DNA of 60,204 nt, from contig JAUCBJ010007390.1 in NCBI GenBank assembly GCA_032718475.1, forward strand, positions 1 through 60,204. The letters run 5' to 3'. A program made the translations under genes and the position numbers. This DNA comes from Nemertoderma westbladi. Its lineage: Eukaryota; Animalia; Xenacoelomorpha. Below, in pieces: positions 60,204 to 60,204 of this stretch. A model generated the notes under the pieces. The model had not been told where the DNA came from. It ran no database searches and saw only the letters and a program-made list of their open reading frames with translations. Positions within the stretch are counted from its first letter, which is position 1. The number at the start of each line of letters is the position of its first letter.

Positions 60204-60204
60204 G

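Overview
AT-rich eukaryotic (invertebrate animal-like) genomic DNA. It has spliceosomal introns, one host gene and a dense stack of nested transposons. Host gene: a 4-coding-exon bZIP transcription factor (+, ~516-10251). One of its introns holds a long-inverted-repeat element enclosing the last exon of a rhodopsin-class GPCR. Its last intron is almost entirely a 5.6-kb 21-bp minisatellite built from the intron's own splice donor. The middle of the window holds decayed CRE, RTE and Copia elements and an RTE LINE interrupted three times. The main find is a 22.6-kb BEL/Pao LTR retrotransposon (31420-54017; 1270-bp LTRs; GTAGG target-site duplication). In its env position it carries a ~1417-aa non-env gene encoding a WRN/EXD/Mut-7-like DEDDy 3'-5' exonuclease plus CCHC zinc knuckles; a 290-bp SINE insertion splits the gene. 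The element has no tRNA primer-binding site but has an 11-nt LTR-complementary sequence in its place. A divergent relative of the cargo protein's C-terminus may lie at the window end. All calls are by-eye; no database searches were run.
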